This document shows, piece by piece, positions 41,770 to 52,106 of a stretch of 64,000 bases of DNA (positions within the stretch are counted from its first letter, which is position 1; each line of letters starts with the position of its first letter). The position numbers and the translations under genes are program-made. The notes below the pieces were generated by a model that saw only the letters and a list, made by a program, of their open reading frames with translations, searched no databases and was not told where the DNA came from. Source of the stretch: an uncultured Rivularia sp. (lineage in GTDB: Bacteria; Cyanobacteriota; Cyanobacteriia; Cyanobacteriales; Nostocaceae); the NCBI GenBank assembly GCA_963665115.1, contig OY762007.1, forward strand, positions 2,528,001 through 2,592,000, written 5' to 3'.

Positions 41770-42342
41770 ATGAAATTTATTATGACTATAAAAATTGAAG
41801 AAAAACAATTAGATAATATTGCAAGCTGGATGAAACCAGTTAAAGAAACTGACTTACCAAGCATCCTTAAAGGTGTGTTTTTTATGGATGGCAATCCGCT
41901 GCCGGATGATTGTATCACCATGTATAACTTAGAGTGGGATGCCCAAAATAATACTTTGTTTCTACCAGTATTTGGACAGGTGCAGTGGACTTTCCATAAC
42001 TCTATTCAAGGAAGGTTACTACTTATTTTTGCTTGGTTGTTTCAGTTTACTTACAAAATTCAGTTTGAAGACGAAACTCTACAAAAATCGCAAATCATAC
42101 CCTTATCATTAGGGATACCAATTCCTAGATGGATAATAAATCCGACAATGTGCCAAGTTGAAAACTCTGACAATGGAGATACTTGGAAACGCGAAAACCT
42201 TTGGTTAGGTGTAATTCCACAAATTGGCAATTATACACTTCGTAGAATTGTCGATAAAGATGGTAATTACACTTCCGATTTTGACGATATGCTTAGCAAA
42301 GTTCAAAATGAATGTTTGGTAATTGCCAGAAGCTCGGTTTAA
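41770..42342 (+). CDS. Uncharacterised protein, third gene of the LOX-P450 locus
   Basis: 190-aa ORF co-oriented with the LOX and P450 genes; contains GVFFMDGNPLPDD, WKR and YTLRRIVD. I do not recognise the family. Confidence 0.7.
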   Translation: MKFIMTIKIEEKQLDNIASWMKPVKETDLPSILKGVFFMDGNPLPDDCITMYNLEWDAQNNTLFLPVFGQVQWTFHNSIQGRLLLIFAWLFQFTYKIQFEDETLQKSQIIPLSLGIPIPRWIINPTMCQVENSDNGDTWKRENLWLGVIPQIGNYTLRRIVDKDGNYTSDFDDMLSKVQNECLVIARSSV

Positions 42343-42349
42343 GATAATG

Positions 42350-42949
42350 TTAATGTTGAGTACGAATACTCCGAATATACCCAATCGCTACAATCAAAGC
42401 ATCCAACATAATTTCATAACTTTCATCAGTTGAACGTTCAAAAGTCATCATTCCGGCTTGCTCGACGCTAATAAATCCGTAAATAGCAGCGTTAACCATT
42501 CGCATCGCATCAATTAGTTGATTTTCTGTTAAATCGTAACCCTGTATTCCCTGTTGAAATAAACCCAAGGCTTCTTTTATAACCGCACCCGCATCTTTAT
42601 CTGTAGGATGTAATTGATACTGCATCATAACTTTGTAACGTGCTGGATACAACTTGGCAAAGTTGCGGTTAGCCATCCCCCCGGCTTTGAATAACTGATG
42701 TAATTCGTTTATTTCTTGGGTTTTTTCGCGACAATAATCTAAAAATTGCCGCCAAATTGTTAAAACTACTGCTTTTCTCAACTCCGCGTTTCCATTGAGA
42801 TGTTTATAAATCGCTGGTGGTTTTATACCTAACTCTCGCGCTACCCGATTCACTCCTAGAGCAGATTCTCCCTCTTTATCCAAACAGGCGATCGCAGCTT
42901 CAATTACATCTTGAGGAGTTAGTGAATTTTCTTTTGTCGGACGACCCAT
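42350..42949 (-). CDS. TetR/AcrR-family regulator (WHG-type C-domain)
   Basis: MGRP...VARELGIKPPAIYKH HTH; IYGFISVE. Confidence 0.9.
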   Translation of the reverse strand: MGRPTKENSLTPQDVIEAAIACLDKEGESALGVNRVARELGIKPPAIYKHLNGNAELRKAVVLTIWRQFLDYCREKTQEINELHQLFKAGGMANRNFAKLYPARYKVMMQYQLHPTDKDAGAVIKEALGLFQQGIQGYDLTENQLIDAMRMVNAAIYGFISVEQAGMMTFERSTDESYEIMLDALIVAIGYIRSIRTQH

Positions 42950-42963
42950 ATGTTATCTTATTG

Positions 42964-42986
42964 TTTAGTTAACACAATTAACTAAA
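42964..42986. promoter_or_regulatory. Probable TetR operator between divergent tetR and amidase
   Basis: Perfect palindrome TTTAGTTAA-CACAA-TTAACTAAA in a 106-bp divergent spacer. Confidence 0.55.
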
Positions 42987-43055
42987 AGTGAATATAATTA
43001 ACTTTGTTAAGCATATCAAATTATAGGAGAGGGTTAAAACCCTTACTACAAGCTT

Positions 43056-44523
43056 ATGAATGATTTAGTATTCAAACCCGCACATCAACTTGCTCGAATG
43101 ATAAAGGAGCATCAGGTTTCTGCGGTTGAGGTATTGGAAGCACATTTAAATCAAATTTCTCTGCATAATTCTAAGCTGAATGCAATTTGCACTTTTAATA
43201 AAAACGCTCTTGAAACTGCGAAACAAGCCGACGAAGCTTTAGCAAATGGTGAGAATTGGGGAATGCTTCACGGCGTGCCGATAACAATTAAAGATACTTT
43301 TGAAACTGCTGGGCTGCTTACTACTGCGGGTTACGCGCCATTAAAAGACTATATTCCTACAGAAGATGCAACTGCTGTGGCACGTCTTCGCAAAGCTGGA
43401 GCAATTATTATCGGCAAAACTACTCCGTCTCAACTAGCTGGTGATTATCAGGGAATTAATGATATATTTCCTCGTGTAAATAATCCTTGGAATCTGGAAT
43501 ACACGCCAGGTGGTAGTACTAGCGGGGGAGCAGCAGCGGTTTCGGCAGGGTTTTCATCTTTAGAATTAGCTTCTGATATTGGTGGTTTCGATTCGTCATC
43601 CGGCTCACTTTTGCAGATTATATGGACTCAAGCCGACAGATAGAAGAGTTCCGACTACCGGGCATATTGGCGATACTACGAATATGGATTCTCGCTGTAT
43701 TCGGCAAATGCTTACTGTCGGTGGATTGGCGCGTTCTATTGAAGATTTGAGCTTGTGTATAAAAATAATCGCTGGTGCAGATAATCGTCAACCTAATATT
43801 CCTCCCGTACCTTTGGATGAAGTTGAGGAGAAAAGTTTAGAGAATCTAAAAATTGCTTGGATTGATGAATTACCTTTATATCCTGTTGCTAAAGAAATTA
43901 AATCTGCAATGCAAGCGGTGAGAAAAAAGCTTGCGGATGCTCGGATTAATGTTGAAAGTTGGATACCAAAATACGATTTTGCTGCTGCATGGGAGGTTTT
44001 TTATGCTGTGGGTACCTATAACCTGATGTATACTCAACCCACGGATTTGAAAAACCTTAGTTTTATGTGGAAGGAAGCGACACAAGGAGATAAATCATTA
44101 CGGAAATTAAGTAAAATCCCTAATGTAGTACTACCAATATTTATAAAAAAATCCTTGAAAGGTTATTTTGCAGCTTTAACACAAAGAGATAATTTGATTG
44201 CTCAAATGGATCGAGAATTAGAGCAGTGGGATGTATGGTTGTGCCCTGTTGCGATGACAGCTGCATTTACTCATAGAGATAAAGGTGCAGCAGTTGAAAT
44301 TGATGGTAGAAAAGTTCCTTATCAGATGGCGAATGGTGCTTATGTAGTTCCTTTTAATCTTACCGGACATCCGGTTGTAGTGATTCCGATTGGTTTTACG
44401 AAGGATGGATTACCGATTGGGATGCAAATTGTTGGTAAAAGATGGAAGGAGATGGAATTATTGAGTATTGCTGGGAAGTTGGATGAAATTATCGGGGGTT
44501 TTAAACATCCGTCTCTATATTAA
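43056..44523 (+). CDS. Amidase-signature family enzyme; frameshift at about 43587
   Basis: HGVPITIKD and PGGSTSGG. Removing one T of TTT at 43586-43588 restores DIGGSIRHPAHF. Confidence 0.88.
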
Positions 44524-44656
44524 TATCAAATACAACAGTCACTAAATAATCTCTCTGTTCTATTCCTCTGCGTCTCTGCGGTTTTTTTCTCAGTAATCTT
44601 CTTTCTTCTTGGAAGTAATAAGAGAGGGCTGAAGCCCTTACTACGAGCCTTTAATT

Positions 44657-46147
44657 ATGAATGATTTAGTATTTACACCCGCACATCAACTTGCTCGAAT
44701 GATAAAGGAACGATCTGTTTCTGCGGTTGAGGTATTGGAAGCACATTTAAATCAAATTTCTCAACATAACTCTAAATTAAATGCAATTTGTACTTTAAAT
44801 CAAAACGCTCTTGAAACTGCAAAACAAGCCGATGAAGCGTTAGCCTCATGTGAAAATTGGGGATTGCTTCACGGAGTACCGATAACAATTAAAGATATTT
44901 TTGAAACTGAAGAAGTACGTACAACGGCAGGATATAAACCGCTCAAAGATTACATTCCGACTCGTGATGCTACGGTAGTGGCACGTTTGCGTGGTGCGGG
45001 AGCAATTATTTTAGGTAAAAGCAATACTGCCGAACTTGCGGGGGAATATCAAAGCGTTAACGATCTTTTTCCTCCGGTTAATAATCCTTGGAATCTAGAT
45101 TGTACTGCTGGCGGTAGTTCTGGGGGAAGTGCGGCGACTGTTGCGGCTGGTTTTTCGCCGTTAGATATAGGAAATGATGTTTCTGGTTCGATTCGTCAAC
45201 CCGCCCATTTTTGTGGTGTTTATGGACTAAAAACAACCGATAGAAGAGTATCTTCAGCCGGACAAATACCGGAAGTTCCGGGACAGCCAAAGTGCATTCG
45301 TCAAATGCAAACGATCGGTCCTTTGGCGCGTTGTATTGAAGATTTACGGTTATCTTTTACACTAATTGCGGGTGCGGATATTCGACAGCCAGATATTGCG
45401 CCGGTTCCCTTTGATACGATATCTGGTAAATCTTTGCAAGATTTGCGGGTGGCTTGGATGGATGGTTGGGATAAGCTCCCCGTTGCTGCGGAAATTAAGT
45501 CTGCAATGCAAGCTGTAGCAAAGGATTTAACTGAAGCTGGTGTAAAGGTGGAAAGTTGGATTCCTCAAATTGATATAGAAGAGATTTTACAGTTGTGCGA
45601 TCGCCTAATTGCCTATAATTTCGTTTATTCCCAACCCGTTGACTTTGCAACTGCTAAAAAAAGGATTCCCATGATATTTCGGGAGATGACGCAGGGGGAT
45701 AAGGAGTTACGAAAAATCAGCAATATGGGAGATTATTTACCTGAGTTGTTAAATCCGACTTTGAAAGGATATTTTACAGCTTTGACGAGAAGGGATAAGT
45801 TCATTTCCCAAATGGATAAAGCAATGGATAATTGGGATGTATGGTTATGTCCGGTTGCAATGACTTGTGCGTTTACGCATCGTCCTATGGGTACATTTAT
45901 AGATGTAGATGGTAGAAAAGTACCTTATTTATTAGTAAATGGTGCTTATACTTCATTGTTTAATCTTACAGGAAATCCGGTTGTGGTGATTCCTATTGGT
46001 TTTACGAAGGATGGATTACCGATTGGAATGCAAATTGTTGGTAAGCGATGGAAGGAAATGGAATTGTTGAGTATTGCCCAGAAGTTGGATGAAATTGTTG
46101 GGGGTTTTCGGAATCCAGATCGTTTCTTGTTACAAAGCACAGTTTAG
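44657..46147 (+). CDS. Amidase-signature family enzyme
   Basis: HGVPITIKD, GGSSGGS, DVSGSIRQPAHFCG and GLPIGMQIVG. Confidence 0.93.
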   Translation: MNDLVFTPAHQLARMIKERSVSAVEVLEAHLNQISQHNSKLNAICTLNQNALETAKQADEALASCENWGLLHGVPITIKDIFETEEVRTTAGYKPLKDYIPTRDATVVARLRGAGAIILGKSNTAELAGEYQSVNDLFPPVNNPWNLDCTAGGSSGGSAATVAAGFSPLDIGNDVSGSIRQPAHFCGVYGLKTTDRRVSSAGQIPEVPGQPKCIRQMQTIGPLARCIEDLRLSFTLIAGADIRQPDIAPVPFDTISGKSLQDLRVAWMDGWDKLPVAAEIKSAMQAVAKDLTEAGVKVESWIPQIDIEEILQLCDRLIAYNFVYSQPVDFATAKKRIPMIFREMTQGDKELRKISNMGDYLPELLNPTLKGYFTALTRRDKFISQMDKAMDNWDVWLCPVAMTCAFTHRPMGTFIDVDGRKVPYLLVNGAYTSLFNLTGNPVVVIPIGFTKDGLPIGMQIVGKRWKEMELLSIAQKLDEIVGGFRNPDRFLLQSTV

Positions 46148-46301
46148 AAATTACTTATCTCTCTTTATTTCTTTCCTCTGCGCTCTGTGCGTCTCTGCGG
46201 TTTTATAATTATTTAAAAGATTATTCTTTTTAACGCAGAGGGGCGCGGAGGGAAGCGCAAAGGAGCGAGTTTTTTAAGTAATTAGATAAAATTCGTAGTT
46301 A

Positions 46302-47024
46302 TTATAAAAGCGGTAATTCAATTTCCCATGATTTTAAATCGGCTTTACGCTGTTGATAATCTGGCATGATATTACCGAGAGTTTGCCAAAAGTCTTTACT
46401 GTGATTGTGGTGCAATAGGTGAGTAAGTTCGTGAGCTACTACGTATTCTAAAACTGACAAAGGTGCATCAGCTAAACGCCAATTTATATGAATGCTTCCT
46501 TTTGACGAACAAGTTCCCCAAGCACGTTTTTGTTGAGATAGTTTGATAGATTTGGGTTGAACATTGAGTTTTTTGGTGTAAATTTGAGCAAGTTGTTGAA
46601 TATAAAAATAAACTTTTTCGCGCTTCCAATCAATTAATGCTTGTTTTATCGCCGCTTCTTGTTCGTCTTGGCTTAAGTGTTGCGGTATTTGGATATCAAA
46701 GCTGTTTTCATAATTAATAATCACTTTTTTGACATCAATTAATTCTATATTTAATAGAAAATAACTACCCCGATACATAATTTTGGCACCATTTATATAG
46801 CGTTGGGGTAGTTTTGGAGGATATTTGAGAATTGTTTCCGTAACAGTTTTGAATAACCAGCTTTTTTTGCTATCGATAAAATTAGTAATTAATTCTTCAG
46901 GGGTATTAACTGGTGCTACCACTTCTACCCCTTTAGAACTAACAATAATCCGCTGTCGTTTACTGCGTTTGCTGTAACGGATAGTATAAGCAATGCTGGT
47001 TTCACCGATTTGTAAAACGGGCAT
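46302..47024 (-). CDS. YgjP/DUF45 family metal-dependent hydrolase
   Basis: WGTCS, INWRL and YVVAHELTHLLHHNHSKDFW. Confidence 0.88.
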   Translation of the reverse strand: MPVLQIGETSIAYTIRYSKRSKRQRIIVSSKGVEVVAPVNTPEELITNFIDSKKSWLFKTVTETILKYPPKLPQRYINGAKIMYRGSYFLLNIELIDVKKVIINYENSFDIQIPQHLSQDEQEAAIKQALIDWKREKVYFYIQQLAQIYTKKLNVQPKSIKLSQQKRAWGTCSSKGSIHINWRLADAPLSVLEYVVAHELTHLLHHNHSKDFWQTLGNIMPDYQQRKADLKSWEIELPLL

Positions 47025-47044
47025 GAATTAGTTTTTTATTGTTT

Positions 47045-47947
47045 TTATTGTTGGCGAAACCTGTTTAATAATTCTTCGCGAGATAGCTGTAGTAATAAAG
47101 GAGTAAATTCTTGGGGTGAGAGTATTGAAATTGGTTCGATAATTGCGTTTAATTCTGCATCATCAGAACCAAAGCGAACTTGCACTAAGTTCTCAATCAC
47201 TGTTTTAACTCCTTGCTGAACCCCTTCTTGCTTTGCATCTTCTAACTGTTGTAAGTAAATTGGTGATAATGCCATGACTAATTCCCTATCTTCCTCATCT
47301 ATATTTTGATTTTGATTTTGAGTAATTTCCAATATGCTTCTTAAACTTAATACTGCATCAATTGCTTTGGCTCGTAATGGGTTTTCTGGAGGTAGTGTTT
47401 CTAGTTCCTTAATAGCTTGTTTTTGGACGTTTCCTTTTCCTAAAAGTCGCAACCACAATGTTTCTGGGATGCGAGGTAGTTGATGGATAACGACAATTGC
47501 AGTTTTGGCAGATTCACCTAAAAAATATACTCCTTTACCCCAATTTTCTTCGTCTGAAATAGCGTTGAAACCATTCAAGATAGCAATAGAAGCAGTAGGT
47601 GTTAAGATCCATACTTTGGGAAGCTCGTCTTCTACTGTTGGAATTTCATTTCTTTTATCTTCGCGTTCTATTTCGGATATTAAATAGAACACTTTCTTCA
47701 TACAGCTACGGATTTCCGAGATTTTAACTGCATTCCTATAAGGTTCAAATAATGCTATTCTATCGGCAAGTCTCCCTAATAATCCTAATTCTATTTTATC
47801 TATAATGGGCTGGGATGAGGGAACGAAATAAACGTCAATTTCTGTAATTTCGGCGGGTACTTTGCGGCTAGTTTCGACTTCTCCTAAAGGTTGTAATAAT
47901 TCTTTAAGATAATCCTTGGCAAATTGATCGTAGGGAAACCGAGTCAT
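47045..47947 (-). CDS. Multicopy cyanobacterial Rpn-like (PD-(D/E)XK) hypothetical protein
   Basis: DQFAKDYL, EIDVYF, LFEPYRN, ETLWLRLLG and a C-terminal LLQLSREELL repeat. Confidence 0.65.
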   Translation of the reverse strand: MTRFPYDQFAKDYLKELLQPLGEVETSRKVPAEITEIDVYFVPSSQPIIDKIELGLLGRLADRIALFEPYRNAVKISEIRSCMKKVFYLISEIEREDKRNEIPTVEDELPKVWILTPTASIAILNGFNAISDEENWGKGVYFLGESAKTAIVVIHQLPRIPETLWLRLLGKGNVQKQAIKELETLPPENPLRAKAIDAVLSLRSILEITQNQNQNIDEEDRELVMALSPIYLQQLEDAKQEGVQQGVKTVIENLVQVRFGSDDAELNAIIEPISILSPQEFTPLLLQLSREELLNRFRQQ

Positions 47948-48003
47948 GAAGGTTTTTTATTTTTTTTATTTTGCTGCATAATAATTTTATAATTAATAGG
48001 TAA

Positions 48004-49023
48004 TTAAATATTCAAACCGCGAGAAGTTGTTAGATAAACGGCAAAAGTTCCTAGCCAGTGACTACCTGCGTAATGTTCGCAGACTGCATTTTCTAACCCA
48101 ATTTGACGATGAATTTTTGCGGTATTTTGTAATGTATTTATTCGTTTATCATCATCAGGTAAACCAGAAATTATTCCTTCTAACATCCAAGCTCTACTTA
48201 AATTTAACCCATAGAAATGAGCTTGCATATAGTCTTGTGTATCTTTAATTTCAGCGGGTTTTAACCAATCTGTAGAATTATCAATTGGTATATCTGGAAG
48301 AAATTGATTTAACCATTCAGCAAAATGATGTCGAGCTAAAATTCTTCTTACCAAATCAGCTTCTGCTAAACAAGGTGAAACAAAATCATATCCTAGCGGT
48401 TCAAATCTTAAAGAATAGTTTTTATCATTCAAATAAAACTGTTCCACTTTTTGCTCAATTAAATTAATAAAAACAGTGTTTTCTACAGTCTTTGCCCAGT
48501 CTAATATCAAACTTAATCCAAAAGCAGTTTGATTGTGCATCCCACCGCGATCGCAAATTGTCAGTTTTTCTAACCACCGCTGTAAATTCTCTTTAATCTG
48601 ACTTTCCAAAGGTTGTAATATAATCTGCCATTTTTTGGCACCAACATCATCCCATTCGTGAAGCTCGGCAGCAAGCTGTAATAACCAAGCCACACCATAA
48701 GGAATTTCAAACCGGGGATGACGTTGAAAATAAGCCACTTCTCCCTCAATATTTTTAGGAGTTAAACTTTTTTCCAAGGCTTGCTTTGCCGATAAACTAA
48801 AAGATGCTTTAGGAAAACAACGAGCCAAACGTGCAAGCAACCAATGCCCGTGTACCGCTGAATGCCAATCCAAACAGCCATAAAAAGCAGGTGTTAATTC
48901 TCGCGGTGGTTTGACATCTTCATCGCTATTCAGCCAGTAGATATTACTGTGGGGATATTCGCAATCGACGCAGTTTAACACTAATTCTACTAATTTTGTT
49001 GCAGTGGTTTCGTTGATTTGCAT
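48004..49023 (-). CDS. DUF2891-like protein
   Basis: PAFYGCLDWHSAVHGHW, PYGVAW, GLNLSRAW and Y.GSHWLGTFAVY. The ORF-track 5' extension runs through a repeat element. Confidence 0.8.
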   Translation of the reverse strand: MQINETTATKLVELVLNCVDCEYPHSNIYWLNSDEDVKPPRELTPAFYGCLDWHSAVHGHWLLARLARCFPKASFSLSAKQALEKSLTPKNIEGEVAYFQRHPRFEIPYGVAWLLQLAAELHEWDDVGAKKWQIILQPLESQIKENLQRWLEKLTICDRGGMHNQTAFGLSLILDWAKTVENTVFINLIEQKVEQFYLNDKNYSLRFEPLGYDFVSPCLAEADLVRRILARHHFAEWLNQFLPDIPIDNSTDWLKPAEIKDTQDYMQAHFYGLNLSRAWMLEGIISGLPDDDKRINTLQNTAKIHRQIGLENAVCEHYAGSHWLGTFAVYLTTSRGLNI

Positions 49024-49084
49024 ATTATTAATAATTTTATTTATTACTATTTTAATAAAGTGGTGGATTTTATAGAATTTATTT

Positions 49085-49268
49085 GTAGGCTGTGTGACTA
49101 GTACCGCTGCGCGGAAGTAAAAAGTAAAAAGTAAGAAGTAAAAAGTATTATATGATAAGGCTTTCAAACTTTTTAAATGGGTGCTTTATTTATGCCGTAC
49201 TGTACTAGTGTGTGAAGCTTCGAGAGATTTGGCGGGGTAAATAATAGTTCTCTTTGCGTGACGCACCA
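49085..49268. repeat. CTAG-flanked insert with AAGTAAA heptamers, nested in a GTAG-type repeat
   Basis: CTAGTAC...GTACTAG (49098-49208) interrupts GTAGGCTGTGTGAC...GTGACGCACC. Confidence 0.5.
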
Positions 49269-49507
49269 TCTGTTAAGTTAATGTCCAGGTTCTATTTTCT
49301 GCTTCTGGGTATAGGATCAAGAATTATAGAATTTCTCCAAGGGGAACTTCAGCCATGCATCGGATAAATGTAGTTTTAAATTGTCTATAATTAAGTTCCC
49401 AGATTTAGTTTCTGGGAAGAATGCTAATAACTGATAACTGTTCATTGACTATTGCTAACTGAAAATTACCTATTTACCTAAATTAAACAGAAATATTGCT
49501 GACACGG

Positions 49508-50092
49508 TTAGTTAAAAACCAGTATCCAGCCCAAACAGTCCCACAGCAAGTAGCCCACAATCAAAGCGAGAATATTAATTCCTAAAAATCCGATAAAAGA
49601 TTGTACGAGTAATGAATTGAATAAACCTATTATCGTGGAACCTATTCCAATTAGCCATGCCATACCAACAACAACACTGAGCATCGCTAACAACCGAGGT
49701 ATTACTCTAGTTTGCAATCCCAACAAACCATTTAAAATTAACCATAATCCAATACATCCGATAGTACACAGTACAAATCCACTTATATAAGGAGAAAAAT
49801 TCGCCGGGTTGAGCAAGCCTAAGATATACCCTATCAAAATGGAAGCAGCACCAATTATCCCAATGACTCGAATTGCATGACTCCAATAGGGAAAGCGCCG
49901 GTGATGCAGTTGGTGAAAGGCTAGCACCATAGGTAATAAAGGCAAAGTTGGCGAGCAAAGAATGAGGAATTCGCCGAAATCTTCATTGAAGTTACTAATA
50001 AATAAACCAGCTACGAACAATCCCAAACTGAAAAAGGCTCCTAAACCTGCAATTCTGAATAGTACAGGACTAACAGTTATTCTGTGAGACAT
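49508..50092 (-). CDS. Hypothetical multi-pass membrane protein
   Basis: About six hydrophobic segments; the 3' end may be frameshifted at CCC 49540-49542. Confidence 0.65.
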   Translation of the reverse strand: MSHRITVSPVLFRIAGLGAFFSLGLFVAGLFISNFNEDFGEFLILCSPTLPLLPMVLAFHQLHHRRFPYWSHAIRVIGIIGAASILIGYILGLLNPANFSPYISGFVLCTIGCIGLWLILNGLLGLQTRVIPRLLAMLSVVVGMAWLIGIGSTIIGLFNSLLVQSFIGFLGINILALIVGYLLWDCLGWILVFN

Positions 50093-50244
50093 GATTCACA
50101 CCTCGTAAACTTATATTGACAACATATATACAGCGCTAAATCATGACATTATTTAGAATTTCTGATACTTCACTAAATCTTTACGTAAGCGAGGATGAGT
50201 ATTTCCCCGCTAAACGAAAATATAACTTTTATCTACAAAAAACC

Positions 50245-50904
50245 TTAATCTATATATTCCACTACATCTTCTTTCTCGAAACGAACTTTAGCCATATTTG
50301 CATACTTGTCAGTAGAAAAACGATACCCAGCAGCACAAACTACTACTGTACGATATCCTTTATCTTTTAAGCCCAAAACTTCATCGTATTTAGCAGGAAC
50401 CAAACCTTCCATCGGACAAGTATCGATTTCTAACATTGCCGCAGTAAACATAAAAAACCCTAAAGCAATGTAAACTTGTTTAGCAGACCATGCATCTTTA
50501 TCAAAAACGTCAGAAGGTCTTTTTAGAAAACCTTTTACCATATTAGCAAGACCTTCTAGCTTCTCTACCGGAACATTTCTGACTTCCGACATCCGCTGAA
50601 GATAAGTATCAACATCCTCGCTATTAACATCTTCTTTAATAGTAAAAACTACTAAATGAGAAGCATCTACAACTTGTTTTTGTCCCCAGGAATGTTCTAC
50701 AAGTTGCTGACGAATTTCGGGATTGCGTACCACAAAGAATTTCCAAGGTTGTAGCCCAAAGGATGAAGGTGCAAGTAGCAAACTTTGTTCCAACACTTTC
50801 CAAACGTCTTCTGGAATTTTTTTGCTAGAGTCAAATTCTTTGGTTGCATAACGCCAATGTAGTTGCTGGAGAACTTCTTGAGGTGAAAATGTAGTTGCGT
50901 TCAT
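50245..50904 (-). CDS. Nitroreductase family NAD(P)H-dependent oxidoreductase (NfsB-like)
   Basis: WRYATKEFD, APSSFGLQPW, DTCPMEG and AGYR. Confidence 0.92.
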   Translation of the reverse strand: MNATTFSPQEVLQQLHWRYATKEFDSSKKIPEDVWKVLEQSLLLAPSSFGLQPWKFFVVRNPEIRQQLVEHSWGQKQVVDASHLVVFTIKEDVNSEDVDTYLQRMSEVRNVPVEKLEGLANMVKGFLKRPSDVFDKDAWSAKQVYIALGFFMFTAAMLEIDTCPMEGLVPAKYDEVLGLKDKGYRTVVVCAAGYRFSTDKYANMAKVRFEKEDVVEYID

Positions 50905-51116
50905 GTAAGAGTTATAAAAAACAGCCAGTTCAAAGATAAACGCAATTATAGATAAACGCTAGTTGGCGTTACGCCGAAGGCGTTTAGCTCCGCTAATCGC
51001 TCGTATTCTAAAATACATACTTATGGAAAATATGCAAGTGGCAATAGGCGTATTATCTTAGTTTACGCGCAGTAATCGCTGCATGATTCGGCGGTAGATT
51101 AAACTCACCATAGCGC

Positions 51117-52106
51117 TCATACATAAGCGATTATATCTTTTAACTTCGCTAAATAAGACGGTATATATTCTAGTGCTGTTTGCATAAAAGCAGATTCTTG
51201 CTCAGATTTACCCGCAAGAAAAAGCGCAATACAAATATATCTGGCTGCCATAAATAATGAAATTTGATTTTCTATTTCAACTGAAAATTTTCTAATAGTT
51301 CTATATCCTTGGAATAAATTTTGTTTAATTTGAGAATATTCCGTTATTCCCCAATAATTCGCTAAAATTACCGCCAAATCGTAAATATAATATCCATAAC
51401 TAGAATCATCGAAATCAATGGGAACTAAAGTATTTTTATGACAAATAACATTCTTTAAATGCAAATCACCGTGAATGATGCCGAAAACATTGGTTTCTTT
51501 TCCAGCTACAGCTTCAAAATCACTTAAGCGTTGATAAACTAATTCAAATAAATTAACTGTTTCTCGATCAAAATATCTGTAACCCAAAGTCGCATATCCA
51601 AAAGCTCCATTTTTCCCAATCAAACCATCAGCATCAAACATTGGACGATGAAAATCAATAGGCTTTTGCCAATCCGCTAATTTATTATGGATATGAGCAA
51701 GTAATTTACCAAGTTTCTCAAATAAGCTTAAATCCTTGACTTGATGTCCGATAACTGGCGAATCAATCCATGAAAGTATTGAAACAGCTTTAGAAATTCC
51801 TGAAGCTTTACCGATAGAAACAAAATTATTGAAATTATTGTAAATCGGTTTTTGATATCGATAATTATTACAACTACTTAGATATTCGATAATTTTCGCT
51901 TCCGATTCTATATCTTGAACCGTATTCTGCAATCCACAATATACCCGGAGTAAAAAGTTACCTTGCTCGCTGGATAATTTAAAAGTTGTATTTTCTAAGT
52001 GTTTGATAAATTCCAGTTTTACTGAATTGAAACTATATTGTTCGATGGCATTCCGTGCGATTTCGGTATTGATAATAATTTGTTCTGTTGATGAATCTTT
52101 TTTCAT
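51117..52106 (-). CDS. APH/type II homoserine kinase-like phosphotransferase
   Basis: ENTTF, IHGDLHLKN and IDFDD...YIYDLA. Confidence 0.85.
   Translation of the reverse strand: MKKDSSTEQIIINTEIARNAIEQYSFNSVKLEFIKHLENTTFKLSSEQGNFLLRVYCGLQNTVQDIESEAKIIEYLSSCNNYRYQKPIYNNFNNFVSIGKASGISKAVSILSWIDSPVIGHQVKDLSLFEKLGKLLAHIHNKLADWQKPIDFHRPMFDADGLIGKNGAFGYATLGYRYFDRETVNLFELVYQRLSDFEAVAGKETNVFGIIHGDLHLKNVICHKNTLVPIDFDDSSYGYYIYDLAVILANYWGITEYSQIKQNLFQGYRTIRKFSVEIENQISLFMAARYICIALFLAGKSEQESAFMQTALEYIPSYLAKLKDIIAYV
52017..52106. repeat. 90-bp direct repeat, copy 1 (first 30 codons of the phosphotransferase)
   Basis: Identical to 54356-54445 apart from one mismatch. Confidence 0.95.

Noticed and set aside
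46302..47947. YgjP plus Rpn-like genes as a defence system
   Set aside because: YgjP often follows type I RM operons, but no hsd genes are adjacent, and the Rpn-like family is a common dispersed multicopy gene in cyanobacteria.
49024..49167. N-terminal extension of the DUF2891-like ORF
   Set aside because: It translates through a heptamer-containing repeat insert (FYFLLFTFYF); ATG 49023 is the more plausible start.
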